The notes under the pieces were generated by a model. That model was not told the DNA's origin. It saw only the letters and a program-made list of their open reading frames with translations, and did no database searches. This document shows, one piece after another, positions 24,641-36,900 of a stretch of 64,000 nt of DNA (its first letter is position 1; every line of letters starts with the position of its first letter). Position numbers and translations under genes: made by a program. The stretch covers positions 2,606,001-2,670,000 of the forward strand of contig NC_045696.1 of assembly GCF_009834535.1 (NCBI RefSeq). The letters run 5' to 3'. The stretch is from Camelus ferus (lineage: Eukaryota).

Positions 24641-26164
24641 GGATGGCTAGCTGCCGCGGTATCGGTGTCCCTGCAGAGCGACCTCCTCGCTGTCCAGGGC
24701 CAGCTTGCAAGTCAAAGGAAAGTGTGTTGAGAGAAACTATCGCAGTCTGAGCGCACACCCGCCGCTCGGTGCCCAGGCACCTGGGCCTCCGCCAGGTGAG
24801 ATGACAGCGCCCCAGGATTCTTTGGGGAGCGCAGCTCCTCCCTGCAGGGTCTCCATCAGCTGGTGGCCTGGGGGCCGGAAAGCAACGTCCTTCTCAATCA
24901 CCAGTTCCCACAAGAGCGCCCATCCCCATCTGCCCTGGCAAAGTGGACGGGCAGTAGGAAGTTCTTGATGGGGCAGAGTGGGGAGGCCAGAGGTGGGTCC
25001 CAATTATTTCTGCCTCTACCTCTAGGCCCAGGAGCCTAGCACCCAGCCCCTTCTACCCATCCCACGGTGCAAAACCCTCCCATCTTTGCAGCTCCCTCCC
25101 CACCCTGGCCGGCAAACCAACCCAGGGCACTGGCCTACAGCGGGGGCCACTTCCTTGGGTAACGGGCTTGGATCCAGGGCTGCTCTGGAGAGCTCAGCTT
25201 ACTCCTATCTGCACGAGGTCATCCATGCAGGTCTCAGGATTTGGGGGCCTAGCTCAGGGTGGGGAGGGGGTGGGCGGGTCCCAGTGTCTGCCGCGATGCC
25301 CATGGTACTTCTGTGGTCTAGAGACGGTCCCGGCAAGTCTGGAGTCTGGGATGTAAATGAATGGTCACTAAGGTCAAAACAGTTCTTAGACCGTGTAAAT
25401 TGTAAGCAGCATTTAGCCACCAGCCACTTCCCTTGCAGGGATTTAATCTAAGCAAAAATCGAAGCTATGTGCAAAGACCTCTTGTGCGCGAAGAGATTCT
25501 ATATTCTATGTGCAGCAGTGAACAGATGTGTCCCTGCCCGGGGGAAGGGGGCTCAGTGTACCTTGAATAAGCACATGATCGGAAATCAGCTTGGCCGAGA
25601 TGGGACTGCACCAGCCGGCCAGCTCTCCGACCGCCCTGGCTTCTGAACTTTCCCGTTTCCTCTGGACCTCAGCCCAGACAGCACGCTGGCAGGCACCTTC
25701 CCTGAATCTAAACCCATGTTCTGCCGCAGACGCAGGGTGCAGCCGCAGAGCCTCACGTAGCTTGCTCACCGCACTCGTCTGCTTGTGATCAACATGTCCT
25801 TCTGTGGGTTGACTTTGTGTCACAGCCCCAAGCACTGGGCCTGTCACACGTCATGCAGCCGACACGCAGGGGCAGCTGTCAAAGGAATCCACGCTTAAGT
25901 AATGAGCAGCTGCATGACTGGTCACTGAAGCCAACGGTTGATCTACCTGCTGGAATATTCTTCAGCAACTTAAAGGAATTGTAGGAAAATATAACACGTG
26001 AGAAAACACAGACGCGGCCACGTCAAGGGGTGCAAAGCGGTCGTCAAGCTGTCTGCACAACTCGCTCCCAAGTCAGGTGGCGGTGGTGCCCAAGAACTGA
26101 AGCAGGGGCCCTCCCGGCCGGCAGTGGTGCCGCAAGATGACGCAGCCGTGACGGAGGAGGTTTC

Positions 26165-26431
26165 GGCAGACATAGAAAACAAGCTGACGGTGACGGGGGT
26201 GGGGGGGAGGGGGAGGGACAAACTGGGAGTCCGAGATATGCAGATACTGACTACAATATATAAAATAGATACACATGCGTGTACTGTGTGACACTACATT
26301 CAATATCTTGTAGTAAATTCTGGTGGAAAAGAATGTGAAAAGCAATATGCGTATGCATGTGTTTGAGTGAGACATGATGCTATCCACGGGAAATGGACAC
26401 ACTGCAACCCGACTATAGTTCAATAAAAAAA
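26165..26431 (+). mobile_element. Camelid-type L1 3' end
   Basis: CAGACATAGAAAACAAGCT...GGGAGGGACAAACTGGGAG...ATATAAAATAGATA...ATTCAATATCTTGTAGTAA...TCAATAAAAAAA. Confidence 0.85.
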
Positions 26432-26529
26432 GATAATACCTCAACCTAAAAATAGTAATAATAATGCGAGGAAAGCTGGAAATTTCACAAATTTGCGCAA
26501 ATTAAAAAAAAAAAACACAAAAACCACGT

Positions 26530-27122
26530 GTGGCATCCATCCCAGGGAAATGAAAACCTGCGTCCGCCGCGAAACAAGTGCACGGACCTTCGCGACGGAT
26601 TTGTCGCCCCCACCCCCACCCCACCCCCACCCCCCCACCCCCCGGACAGGGAACGCCCCAGAGACCCTTCAGCAGGCGAGCGAGTGAGTCAGCGGGCGGC
26701 GCCTGGAGTCCCTGCAGCAACGAAGAGAAACAACCCGCACGGGCCCCCTGCGTGGCGCCACTTACAGGCCGCTCTGGAAACGACGGACCATGTGGGGAGA
26801 GAGGTGAGGGGCGGCGGGGGTAGGAAGGGCCCCGAGGGCGTGACTGTACAGGGCGAAGCCCAGCGAAGGCCCTGAGGTGTCGGAGCCCCTCTGCGCCGGG
26901 ACGGCGGTGGCGGCGGCTCCAGGCCCACACGTGGTGACGCGGCAGGGCGGGCTCTTGCACCGACGCCACTCTCCTGGTTTTGATATTTCACTGACGGAAG
27001 ATGTAACCATTCGGGGGGAGCCTGAGGGGAGGGTCCCTGACCACTCTCTCTCCTCCTCTTGCAACTTCCTGCAAATCTATAATTATTTCAAAGGAAAAAT
27101 ATTCAAAAAAAAAAAAGAGAAA
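26530..27122 (+). mobile_element. L1MD-like 3' end, extremely GC/CpG-enriched
   Basis: CCCAGGGAAATGAAAAC at the 5' side; CCTGGTTTTGATATT...AGATGTAACCATT...TGCAACTTCCTGCAAATCTATAATTATTTCAAA plus A tail at the 3' side. Confidence 0.75.
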
Positions 27123-27559
27123 AAAGACTGAAAAGGAAGATTCTGAATGGTGACAGGATTTATTTGTTAGTGCTGATGTTAACTTTAAAAAAAACACTAT
27201 TTTGTTTTCTATATTTTTCATGCTTTCTCCAAGCAGCATAGATTACTTTTGTAGCCAAAAAATAATCATAATCTAATATTAGAGGAGCTGGAGGAAGGGT
27301 ATACAGGAATTGGCAACTCTTTTGTGAATCTAAAATTTTTTTCCAGATAAAAGGGTTTTCTAGAGCAAATGACAAAAGAGATCACATGCTGCACAGGCGT
27401 AGTAAAAAGACAAAAAGTAAGTAACCTGAATAAAGTGAGAACTCTTTGCTTTGAGAAAAATCGCTAATTGAGGAAGTCTCCGCAGTTTCTCACCCTTGCT
27501 CAGCCCAGTATCCAGGTGAGAAGCCAGCCCCGGGCTGACCCTCCCACCGGGCCCCCGCG

Positions 27560-27630
27560 GCTCAGCGCTGCTCTTCCAAGCCCCCTGTAGGTGCTCAGCG
27601 CTGCTCTTCCAAGCCCCCTGTAGGTGCTCA
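27560..27630. repeat. Perfect 33-bp tandem duplication
   Basis: GCTCAGCGCTGCTCTTCCAAGCCCCCTGTAGGT at 27560-27592 and 27593-27625, followed by GCTCA. Confidence 0.95.
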
Positions 27631-28189
27631 CCTGCTCCATCCGCCCCTCCCCAGGTGGCCCTTGGGACTGGAACTCAGGTCTTCACTTTGGGTGGGCCGT
27701 GAGCTTCCTGCCTCTCCCGAGCTCTGATGGGCCCCCGTCTGGAAGGATGGTGATGATCCGGCCCCTTCCCAGGTGGCCCCTGCATCGTCCTCCCTGGAAA
27801 ACCCCAGGATAGGTGGGAGGGAGTGATCGACCTCAGAGTGCCGGACCTGGCCACAGAGTCTTCTCAAAGCCTCATCTCTGTGGAGCGGACACCATCCCCA
27901 GTAGGGCCAAGTCACCGAGAGAGCTGACTGAGGTCACACCTGCAAGCACACCTCCAGGGTTCGCCCACAGCTGTGGCTCAAGGTGTTGGTTCCCACCCAC
28001 CAGGGAGAAGGGGGTGGCCCCTGGGTCTTGGCTCCATCATGCACCCCACCTCACTCAGGGACCGGAAGCCCAGGGTGGCTGGATCAGGTGGGAACAGGAG
28101 CAGGCAGACAGGCTTGGAGAGGGGTGAGGGGTGCAGAAGTCTCAGATCTTCAGGGTCCACGAAGCAATCACTATCAGAATCTCCTATGG

Positions 28190-28500
28190 CCACCTCTCCT
28201 CTCCAGCCTCACTGGCCTGCCTCCTGGAACACACAAGCTTACCACTGCCCCAGGGCCTTTGCACGTGCCATTCCCATGGCATGAATGGCCCTTTCTCCAG
28301 GTGGCTGCCTCCTCACGACCCTCAGGCCTGTGTCCAAACATGATACTTTCAAGGAGGCTTTCCCCGCATCCTGTGTTAAACGGTCACCCCAACCTCTGCA
28401 CACCATCTGCACTGTGCTTTGCCTCATTTCGGGCATGTGCCACCCTCCAGCATTCCTGGTTTCACACATTTGCTGGCCCTTGTGGGTAAGCCCAGGGAGA
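28190..28500 (+). mobile_element. L2 fragment
   Basis: CTCCAGCCTCACTGGCCT...CCCCAGGGCCTTTGCACGTGCCATTCCC...GGAGGCTTTCCC. Confidence 0.7.
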
Positions 28501-29659
28501 GCAGGGGCCTTTGCTGGCCTGCTGCTCTGAAGCAGCATTTCAGCTCCTCGCCTCCATCACCCGGGCAGGCAGGGTGGGTGTGAGTGCTTCCGGCGGCTGG
28601 TCCACACCTGCCCCCCAGCGCCTGGCACGATGCATTAAAACAAACCTCCACAGAGGGAGGGGTGAGAGGATCCAGTGGTTGTGAAGATCAGAAAGCTCCT
28701 GGATGCGTTGTCAGTAAGCCAGGTTGGGGAAGGGGCACGAGACATGAGGGGTGGGGGTTGGGAGCGCAAAAGTCACGTGAGAGGGGTGGGTGGGAGGCTG
28801 GAGCCCACAAACACATCCCACCGGCTCCCACCCCACCTATCTGCCCGCTCACCCTCCACCTCCCTGTCCTGCACCCCCGGAGGGAGCACAGATGGGTGGT
28901 ACAGGGAGGGTGACCGGATAGGGAGGCAGACACCCCAGAGAGCAAAAAGCAATTATCAGTGCAGACAGTGAGGCTGTGACGGGGCAACTGGATGTGAAAA
29001 CTGACCTCCTTCCACCAGGAAAGGGCCGCCTGGCAGCCCCCCGCTAATTCACAGCCGCTAACCGCCAGCTGGACTGCGTTCTCCTGCGCGGCCCCTGAGA
29101 GCCCCGCGGACAGAAGGCCCTCGACTTCATAAGGAGCTTAAGTAGAGGGTCCCCTCCACCCCCGTAAACACGTTAAACGTAAGTCTATGTAGACATGGAC
29201 ATGTAAGTGCTTTCTGTCGTTCACTGCTGGTGGGCACCTCCCCGTGAATGGTGTTTCTGTCTGGGGCAGAGTGACTCCTGTCCGGCCAGGAAACGAGGCC
29301 CTAGCTGAAGCCGTAAACTGAGTCTCCCTGGGCTCAGGCAGGAAGGGCCGGCACGGCGGTCCCTTCCCCAAGCCCACACCTCTGCCTCCGGGGACCTTAT
29401 CCTCCCCTGGCCGGCCGTCCCTCCCAGGCCAGGGCCTCCATGCCCAGGGCCACGGGCCACGGGCCACCGCGCCGGGGTCAGGAAGGGCTGCCCCCGCCGG
29501 CGAGACCTGACGGCACATTCCCAGGGTCTGCCCTTCTCGTGTGTTCTGAGTGCAAACATGAGGCTTCCGGGTGAAGGCGAGAAACGGACGTTGATGCATT
29601 TCCAGTAAAGCCTTCAGCCCCTGGTGCCTCGTGCACTCCAGTGTGCGCCTCCTCTGGGC

Positions 29660-31385
29660 CTAGCTCCAGGACGGCCCCTCATGCGGCCCCAGCACCCCTC
29701 CACGCTCCTGGCCACCGCCAACCTGTCCTCCACCTCACAATTTTCTCCTTTCGGGGATACGGTAGAAGTGCAACCAGACAGGCTGTGGCTGTGAGACGGG
29801 CCTTGTCCACTCAGCACAGCTCTCCGCAGACCCACGCAGGGTTTGTCGTGTCTGCTCCCAGCACCGCTGAGCGAGTTCCATGGTGTGGCTGCACTGCAGC
29901 TGGTTTAGCCATCCAGCTGTTGAAGGACGTCTGGGCTGTTTCTGGGTTTGGTGATGAGGGAGAAAACTGCTGGGAACACCTGGGCACGTGCTTTCGTGTG
30001 AGCACGAGTCTTTTTCTCTGGGATAAAAGCAGACGTTCAGTTTTGTAAAAAACAAAAAAAAACAAAACAAAAAAGAAACACCCAGACTCCTTCCCAGCGC
30101 GGTTGCACCGTTTTCCATCCCTGGGAGGGGGGCAGCCCAGCACCTCCACACCCACCAGCACTGGTGCGGCCGGCGCTGTGGTCCAGCTGCTCTGATGGTC
30201 TGCAGGGCCTCACTGGGGTCCTTCATCCCCTGGACGTGGAGGATGGGGACCTGCCTTTCATGCGCTGTTTGCCATCTGTATGTCCTCTTGGGGGAGAGGC
30301 CCACTCGCGTCTTCGGACAGTGTTCTGGCTGAATCGTCCGGGTTCCCACTGCTGAGTCTGGGTTCTCTGTGTGCGAGTCCTTTGTAGGGTGTGTGGTCTG
30401 CACACGCTTTCTCCCAGGCTGTAGCTGGTCCTTTTATCCTCTTCCTGTGAGCATTCACAGATAAAAGTTCTTAATTTTGATGAAGTTAGTTTTGTCGATG
30501 AAAATAATCAATGAACAGTCCATGACAGGAATAGAAGAGTTTTATTTTAGCCAAACTGAGGACCAGCCTGGAATCCCGCTTCCCAGACTCCTCCGAGAAA
30601 CTGCTCCGGAGAAGCAGGGCTCCCAGCACAGCTGCGTATGTTGCCAGGACAGAGAGCATTAAACAAGCCAGCGATCCATTTCCTCAAGGTTTCAAAAATA
30701 AAAAAGAACAGCCCAGCACAGACACAGCGAGTCAGCGCAGCCTCGGCACCTGGGAGGGGTCTTGTCATCAAAGGAGGACCAGCACTGGGCCCCCCAACCC
30801 CAGGGAGAAGGGCATTTCATCTCTATTTGTAGCATGAAATTCTTTACTTCTGGTCAGTACCCCTTGTCTGTAATAACTGAAGCCGACGGACAGTGCGTGT
30901 TGGACGGGCCGCAGGCACTGTTTCTGTCAGCATCAAGTTCGAGCGAGCTCGCGCACAAGCCAGAAGGCCTCCCCAGGCCTCAGGAGGCGAACAATTCTGT
31001 TATCAGGGTTATCGGTTTTCCCTTTTATGGACTGTGCTTTTGGTGTCACGAGTGAGAACCCTTCGCTTCACCTTTGACTGATTTTCTATTTTTCCTCAAA
31101 GTGCTGTCGTTTTTACGTTTTCCATTCAATCTGGGACCTACCTGGAGCTGATTTTCTTTGCATTCAGTTGTTAGACAGGTGGGGTCCCTCCCATTGCCAT
31201 GTGTTGACAAGGCTGACCTTCCTCCGTCCCCTGCACCCTCCTCAGCCTCAGCTGGGCACACCTGTCGCGCTGTCCCCTCCATCTGCGGGGCAGTCCTCTG
31301 CCAGCGCCGCGCCGTCGTCATCACTGGAGTTTCACAGCAGGCCTTTGCACAGGGTGGCGTGCCTTGTGGACTGCGGACTCTGTGA
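29660..31385 (-). mobile_element. Ancient L1 (L1MC/MD-like), interrupted by the LTR at 30493-31005
   Basis: GTTCCATGGTGTGG...GTTGAAGGACGTCTGGGCTGTTTC...TTTCTCTGGGATAAA; TTAATTTTGATGAAG (left of LTR) joins CCTTTTATGGACTGTGCTTTTGGTGTCA (right of LTR). Confidence 0.8.
30493..31005 (-). mobile_element. ERV1-like solo LTR (copy B, same family as 2113-2602)
   Basis: TGTCGATG...TGTTATCA ends; shares blocks such as GCCAAACTGAGGACCAGCC and GCTCCGGAGAAGCAGGGCTCCCAGCACAGCT with the reverse complement of copy A; TSD degenerate. Confidence 0.9.
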
Positions 31386-32623
31386 GTGGGTTACCCACTC
31401 AAATGTGAGAAAATAAACATTTTTAATTCACAAAAGGGGGACGTAGGAAACGTCCTCTTCTCCTAGCTTTTGTCCTTTCCTGAGACAGCGGCGTCTCTGC
31501 GGAGAGCGGTATTTGAGGACAGCCCCAGGGCAATCACAGGTGTCCCTCTTATGCTTCCAAAGGGAAGGCAGGTGGCTGGAGGGAGCAAGGAATGGGGCTG
31601 GTTCCAAAGAGCAGGAACTGATCCAGCAGGTTCCCCCCAGTGCCCTGAGACTGCTTGGGGCCGCTGCCTCTTCTGAGGACAGGAGGTGCGCTTGCTGCTG
31701 GCTTTTCTGCTGGGGCGGGGTGGCCACTCCAGCCCCGGAGGCCTCAAGGCACAGGGGGTGATGCCAAGGTCCACGGTCTAACCGGCTGCCCACGTGTGGC
31801 GGCAGGCAGTTCCCAGGGTGAGCCTGCACTTCTAGGCGGGCCCACCGCGCTCTGCAGCACAGCGAAGGGACCGCTGGTGGCTGGGCTGCGGCTTGTTCCT
31901 GCCCCGTTTGATGTGACCAGGACCTCCGTCATTGTTTATCCTCCTCTGTCCTACAAGCATGCACATGAGGAAGGCTGGTAAGTGGGCCCCTCTGAGCAGT
32001 GCCAGCCCTTCCACAGGGCAAAGACGAGGAGGCGGGCGAGCCTTTGACGCCTGTGAGTTGTCGAGGCGGCTCAGCCACAGTCCACAAAGCCCAAAACTTA
32101 AAAGGCAGGTGCTGGCGTCGGCTGAAAGCCTTGTTCAGTCTCTCCCCACGGACGCTCGCTGTCCGCCAAGTTGCAGACACTGTGCTAAACACGGGCCAGG
32201 ACAGGCGGACACCTCCGCTCTGAGCTGGAGGGCCACCCACATAGACACACCAGTCCCCACTCAGAATGGGACCAGCCTGGCGTGGACCAGCAAGTCAGGG
32301 TCTGCAGGGGAGCGTTCAAAACCCCAGTGCCCAGGCTGCGCCCCAGGCAAGTCAATCGGAACTCCTGGGGGTGGGGCCAAGGTAACAGCGTTTGCTAAAG
32401 CCCCAGGTGCTCAGGGGCAGGCTGGTCTGAGCGCCCCCGTGCTGGGGTTTCCAGAAAGAGCCAGGTCACTGCGGGAGGCGTGAAGACGCTCCCAGCACGG
32501 CCTCCGAGAGCGTGCCTGGCCGAGTGGGGAGCAGGTCAGGGTGAAGGCCAAGCAGGACACTGACAAGACCCGACACGCAAAGACGAGAGACGTCTGCTGG
32601 CATCCCAGAGCTTCAGAAGCAAT

Positions 32624-32693
32624 GAATTTAGCACTTTTCTGTTTACAGGAAGCTGCCAAGTTCTGGGCTCACTGAAATCACTCCTCTGATGTC
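32624..32693 (-). mobile_element. LTR fragment related to 20419-20914
   Basis: Reverse complement ACATCAGAGGAGTGATTTCAGTGAGCCCAGA...GAAAAGTGCTAAAT aligns to 20623-20687. Confidence 0.7.
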
Positions 32694-33609
32694 CGGTCCA
32701 TGAAACGGGGAGAGAATGTGCTGAGGGCAAGAGTCGTCCAGGACCACGAGGGACGGAGGATGCAGCCCGTGGGAGGGGTGGGGGTGGTGAGCACCTTTCC
32801 TTCATGCTGCTGCCCTCACCTGTGCCGGGAACAAGGTGCAAGGACCATTCATCGGGGAACGACGGTGACAAGCAGCATGGCCCCGTTTCGTTGGGAACAG
32901 AGGTGGGAGACGGGTTCACAGTCAGGAATGCTCACTGAACCTAAAAGTGGATTTTATGAACATGAGGGTGGACTGAAATGCCAATATGCAAAAGAAAACA
33001 AAGCAGACCTAAGACCTATAATGTTAAAAAAACAAAAACGTACACTAAATAAAAGAAAGCCAATGACCCTTGGAATTCCTGGTTCATTCTCTGAATTCCA
33101 GCCCCACCCTAGTTTTCTCAATAAACGGAGCATATCTGGCCCCAAGGCCCGCCCGCCCGAGTTTCCGCTGCTGCCTGGACCGGCCAGGAGTCCTGGACCA
33201 GCGACGTTCTGGTACACCCCACACCTTTCTTGCTTCCCTTTGGTGAGGCCTCGATGTTGGGGGAGAGGAGGGAGGGGTTGGGGAAAAGAAAGCAGAAGGA
33301 GGCGGGAACAGCCCGTAGCCTCAAGCTAGGGATCAGCTGACCCTCCTATCAGCCCCCAGATCTCAGAAAGAGAAGCCAAGGGACGAAGAGAGCAGATGAA
33401 GGAGGAGAGAGGGGAGTGAAAATAAGGGAATGTTTCTGACAGGAGCATTAGGAAAACCAAATGCTATTCCCACCAGAGGGTCTTAAAATTTTTGAAAATA
33501 AAGTCATAAGTGAGGGTATTCAAAGTGACATTTGCTTCCAGGTGGGGGTCAGCCATCACATGGCAAGAGGGGGCTCAGACAAGGAGCAGTCAGGTGCTGT
33601 GGGAGTGAA

Positions 33610-33960
33610 GATCCAGCTTGTGCTGTGGTAACAGAGCCCCAAACACAGCAGCAGAAGCAAGACAGAGATTTCTCCTCCAGACACACATCCTGGTGTTTGC
33701 TCCGGTGCACATGGGACCCAGACTCCTTCCATGTCACTGCTCTATCATCCTCAAAACAGAGGATTTGCCTCGCAGCCCAAGGAGGCTGCTCCAGCTCCTT
33801 TCTTCTCATCTGGTCTCCAGGCAGCTGGAAAGGGCACAGGGGAGGGGAGGCGCAGTCTGTACATTTACTGGCACATTCCTCACTCCACATGGCTCACCTG
33901 GCTTCAAGACAGGCTGGGAGGTGCAGTTGTTGTCTGGGTGGCTGTGTATCCAGAAAGGGA
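33610..33960 (-). mobile_element. Old MLT1 (J/K-like) LTR remnant
   Basis: TGCTGTGGTAACAGAGCCCCAAA...GGGACCCAGACTCCTTCCAT...CATGGCTCACCTGGCTTCAAGACAGGCTGGGAGGTGCAGT. Confidence 0.6.
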
Positions 33961-36900
33961 GATGGACCCTGGGTCCACTGGGCGTCTCACCGTTTCTGCC
34001 CAAGGAAAGCTGTTTCCTGCACCCCTGGGGCCTGGGGTGCAGCCAGGCGGCGGCTGCTCCCTTCCGCTCACTTCCACCCCGGCAGGCTGTGTCTACCAAG
34101 AGGCAGTTACCTCCGTTTCCTCTTGATTAATGATGGGACACTGACCGTCAGTCGGTGCCTGTCTCTGTGAGACAGGTCACATCACAAAGATGAGCAAGCT
34201 CCTGCAGACGCGAGGGAACTTGCCGTTCTGACTGACCCCAGAAGCTCGTTGGTGGGGGCTGGACACCTGCGGGCTTTTCCTGAGACTCCAGCCCCGTGGT
34301 TTCCTGTGGGCCTCTCAGGGCGCAGGGGTGCCGGGTGCCACCGATTTTTTTATTTAATGTGCAGAATATTACTGTATTCAGCAAATGTTTATGACCACTA
34401 AAAACTGCTGGAAAGAGGTGGATATTAAATCAAATCAGCCCAAGGCAAACATTCAGTAAGCGCCCTCCGTGTGGTAGGCTTTGGGTCACACGTACAGAAA
34501 CGGGACGACAAAAGAAGGGGCTTAATTCTGCCACCGTGACTGCCTCTGCTGGAGTGGGTTCTGCTCTGGGCAGCTGACACAAGCGCACAGTTACAATATC
34601 GCAGAGTGAATGCAGACTGGGGGGACCTGGCAGATGGCACTGAGGGCAGGGTCAAGACACAGACGAGCAGAGGCAGCGTGGACCTGGAAAGATGCCGGTT
34701 CCGGTGAGAAACAATAGAGAGCGGCATTGGGAACGCAGCGCTTTGTTTGGAACAGGACGCGTTTGTGCTGCTAGTGAGACACCCAGCATTTCTAGCTCAT
34801 CATCTGTGGGTTCTTCGTATCAGGTGCTCCTCACCTGAAGGTGTCTGGAAGTTTAAGACTGGAGCTCAGGAGAAGGAACAGAGGTGGCGCTCGCGCGTGT
34901 CCATGTGCTGCCCCGACTGGCACGCTGCGGCCGCCCTGGGCTGGATAGAGCAGCGTGCTTTTTAAGAGACTCCTCTCTTTTTTCAGTGACTCTTAGAGTG
35001 TTTTTCCCAAGGTAAGAAAGTCATTATAAAAACTAAAGTTACTGTAATTACACTCCTTGAGTAATTATTTTTTAGAAATCATTCATAATAAAGATAATGC
35101 AGAGAAAGAGGAAAGAGAGAGAAAACGTCCAGGCCCTGCCGTTGGGGTGGCCCTGGGAGCCTCTGCGTTCGCGCCCCCTGTGGGCACAGCCCCGGGGACA
35201 GGGGAGCCCAGTGCCTCTTCCGCGTGGGTGACGAGACTCGGGGACGTCCTAGGTGGGTGGCTGTGACTTCAGGAGCCCAGGGCGGCCTTGGATGCAACCG
35301 AGGGGCCGCAGGACTCTGAAACTGAGCAGTTTGGAGAGCGGGGCCCTGTTAACACGAGCAGGCCCTGGAAGGGGTTGCCCCAGACATGGTCTCGTGGGCC
35401 GGAGTGGGGTGCTGAGCCCTGAAAGCAGTAGAGAAGCAAGTCTGAGAGCCCCCGCTGCAGGCAGGAGGCCAGGACTGCAGCCCGGGCTCCCCAGGAGCTC
35501 AGCTCAGCTCAGAGAAGACGTGCGGGCACCCATGCTGCAGGACATCTCAGCGTGTCCCCTGGAGAGTGACCCCAACAGTTCAGACTCTCCAGCACCCCCC
35601 ACAGCGCCCCCCAAAGTAGGCCCATGGTCCTGTCTCTCCTGAACAGATTCACTGGCCACGTCTGCAGGGAAATGACGAGATGATGACAAGTAACAGGGAC
35701 AAAGTTCCAGAATCTTCCAAAGTCAACCACGTAGCCTGGAGCCCCCATCCTAGATGTCCAGGGCGGTGTCTTTCTCATCTAAGGGGACCAGGGAATCACT
35801 CTGGTCAGCAGGAGGGGGACGGGTGGCTGGAGGAGCAGCAAAGAGGGTTCTGGGTGGACGGGGCCTTGCCAGCCGGCCCCACCATCCAGGAGAAGGGGGT
35901 GACGGCAGCTCCTGCAGAAACGGGCAGTGAAGATGGTCAGCATCATGGGCCCAACCTGCCGGGAGCCTCGCTGTGGGGTTTAGTTCTGTCACCCCAGCAG
36001 CTCGCGCAGCAGGTAGCTCCCTCCCTGCTTAAAGATGACATAACAGGCACAGAGGGACACAGGGACAGCCAGGCAACCGGCAAGATCCCCGCTAACCCAC
36101 ACAAGGAGCGGGAAGAGAGAAACTTTCTAAAGCAACCAGGTATTTTTCGTCCCCTTGGTTCACCTGAACTTTTTCTAACCCTTCTAAGCCAGTGGTTCTG
36201 CTTGATCTCAACGGCCAAGCCCACCCTGCACAGGGCAGGGGGCTGGGCAGGCGCTGCCACGCGGTGCCCGACGCTCCCAGCAGTCCTGTCCTTGTCCTGA
36301 AGTCCCAGGAGGGGGTCTGCTGTTCCTGCCGCAGACCCGCGGGAGGCTCGACCAGCTTCTCCCCGGCCATCCCCCTCCCTCGGCTAACAGTGAAGGCTAA
36401 CATGACACAAAGTGGGGTGGAAGACACTTACCTCCTGGAGAGGTCAGTGCGGCCTGCTTGTGGGAGGGGTGGCCCCTGGTCGGAGCATGAGTCCCTGAGG
36501 CGGGGAAGAGGGACCACGTCGGCATGTAGCCACCGGGGACCCGAGGCCAACGCACGTCCGGAACAGGACGCATGAGGGATTAGGGCAGAGTTCCTTCTGA
36601 TTCTGCCAATCCGTGGCCCCGGCCTTTCACAAGAATTGGCTTACTCTCACTTTCAAAAATACAAAAGTCAGATGCAGAATTTACAAACACAGGACTCGGT
36701 GCCAGGTGAGATGAACTGGGACTTTCAGCTGATGGAACTCCTGGATGAACCTTTTTTCTGAGTAAAGGGACCCCGGTCTGCTGTCACCAGACACCCATGA
36801 CTGTGCTGTCTGTTTCTAGACTTAAAGAGCTTTCTTCCAAGTCAGTGGATCCATGTGAAACCAGCTTTCCGGCAAGTTGGATTTGTGGTCAAGATGACTG

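Noticed and set aside
27560..27630. 33-bp direct repeat of CRISPR-like length
   Set aside because: Copies are adjacent with no spacer, there are only two, there are no cas genes and the context is eukaryotic
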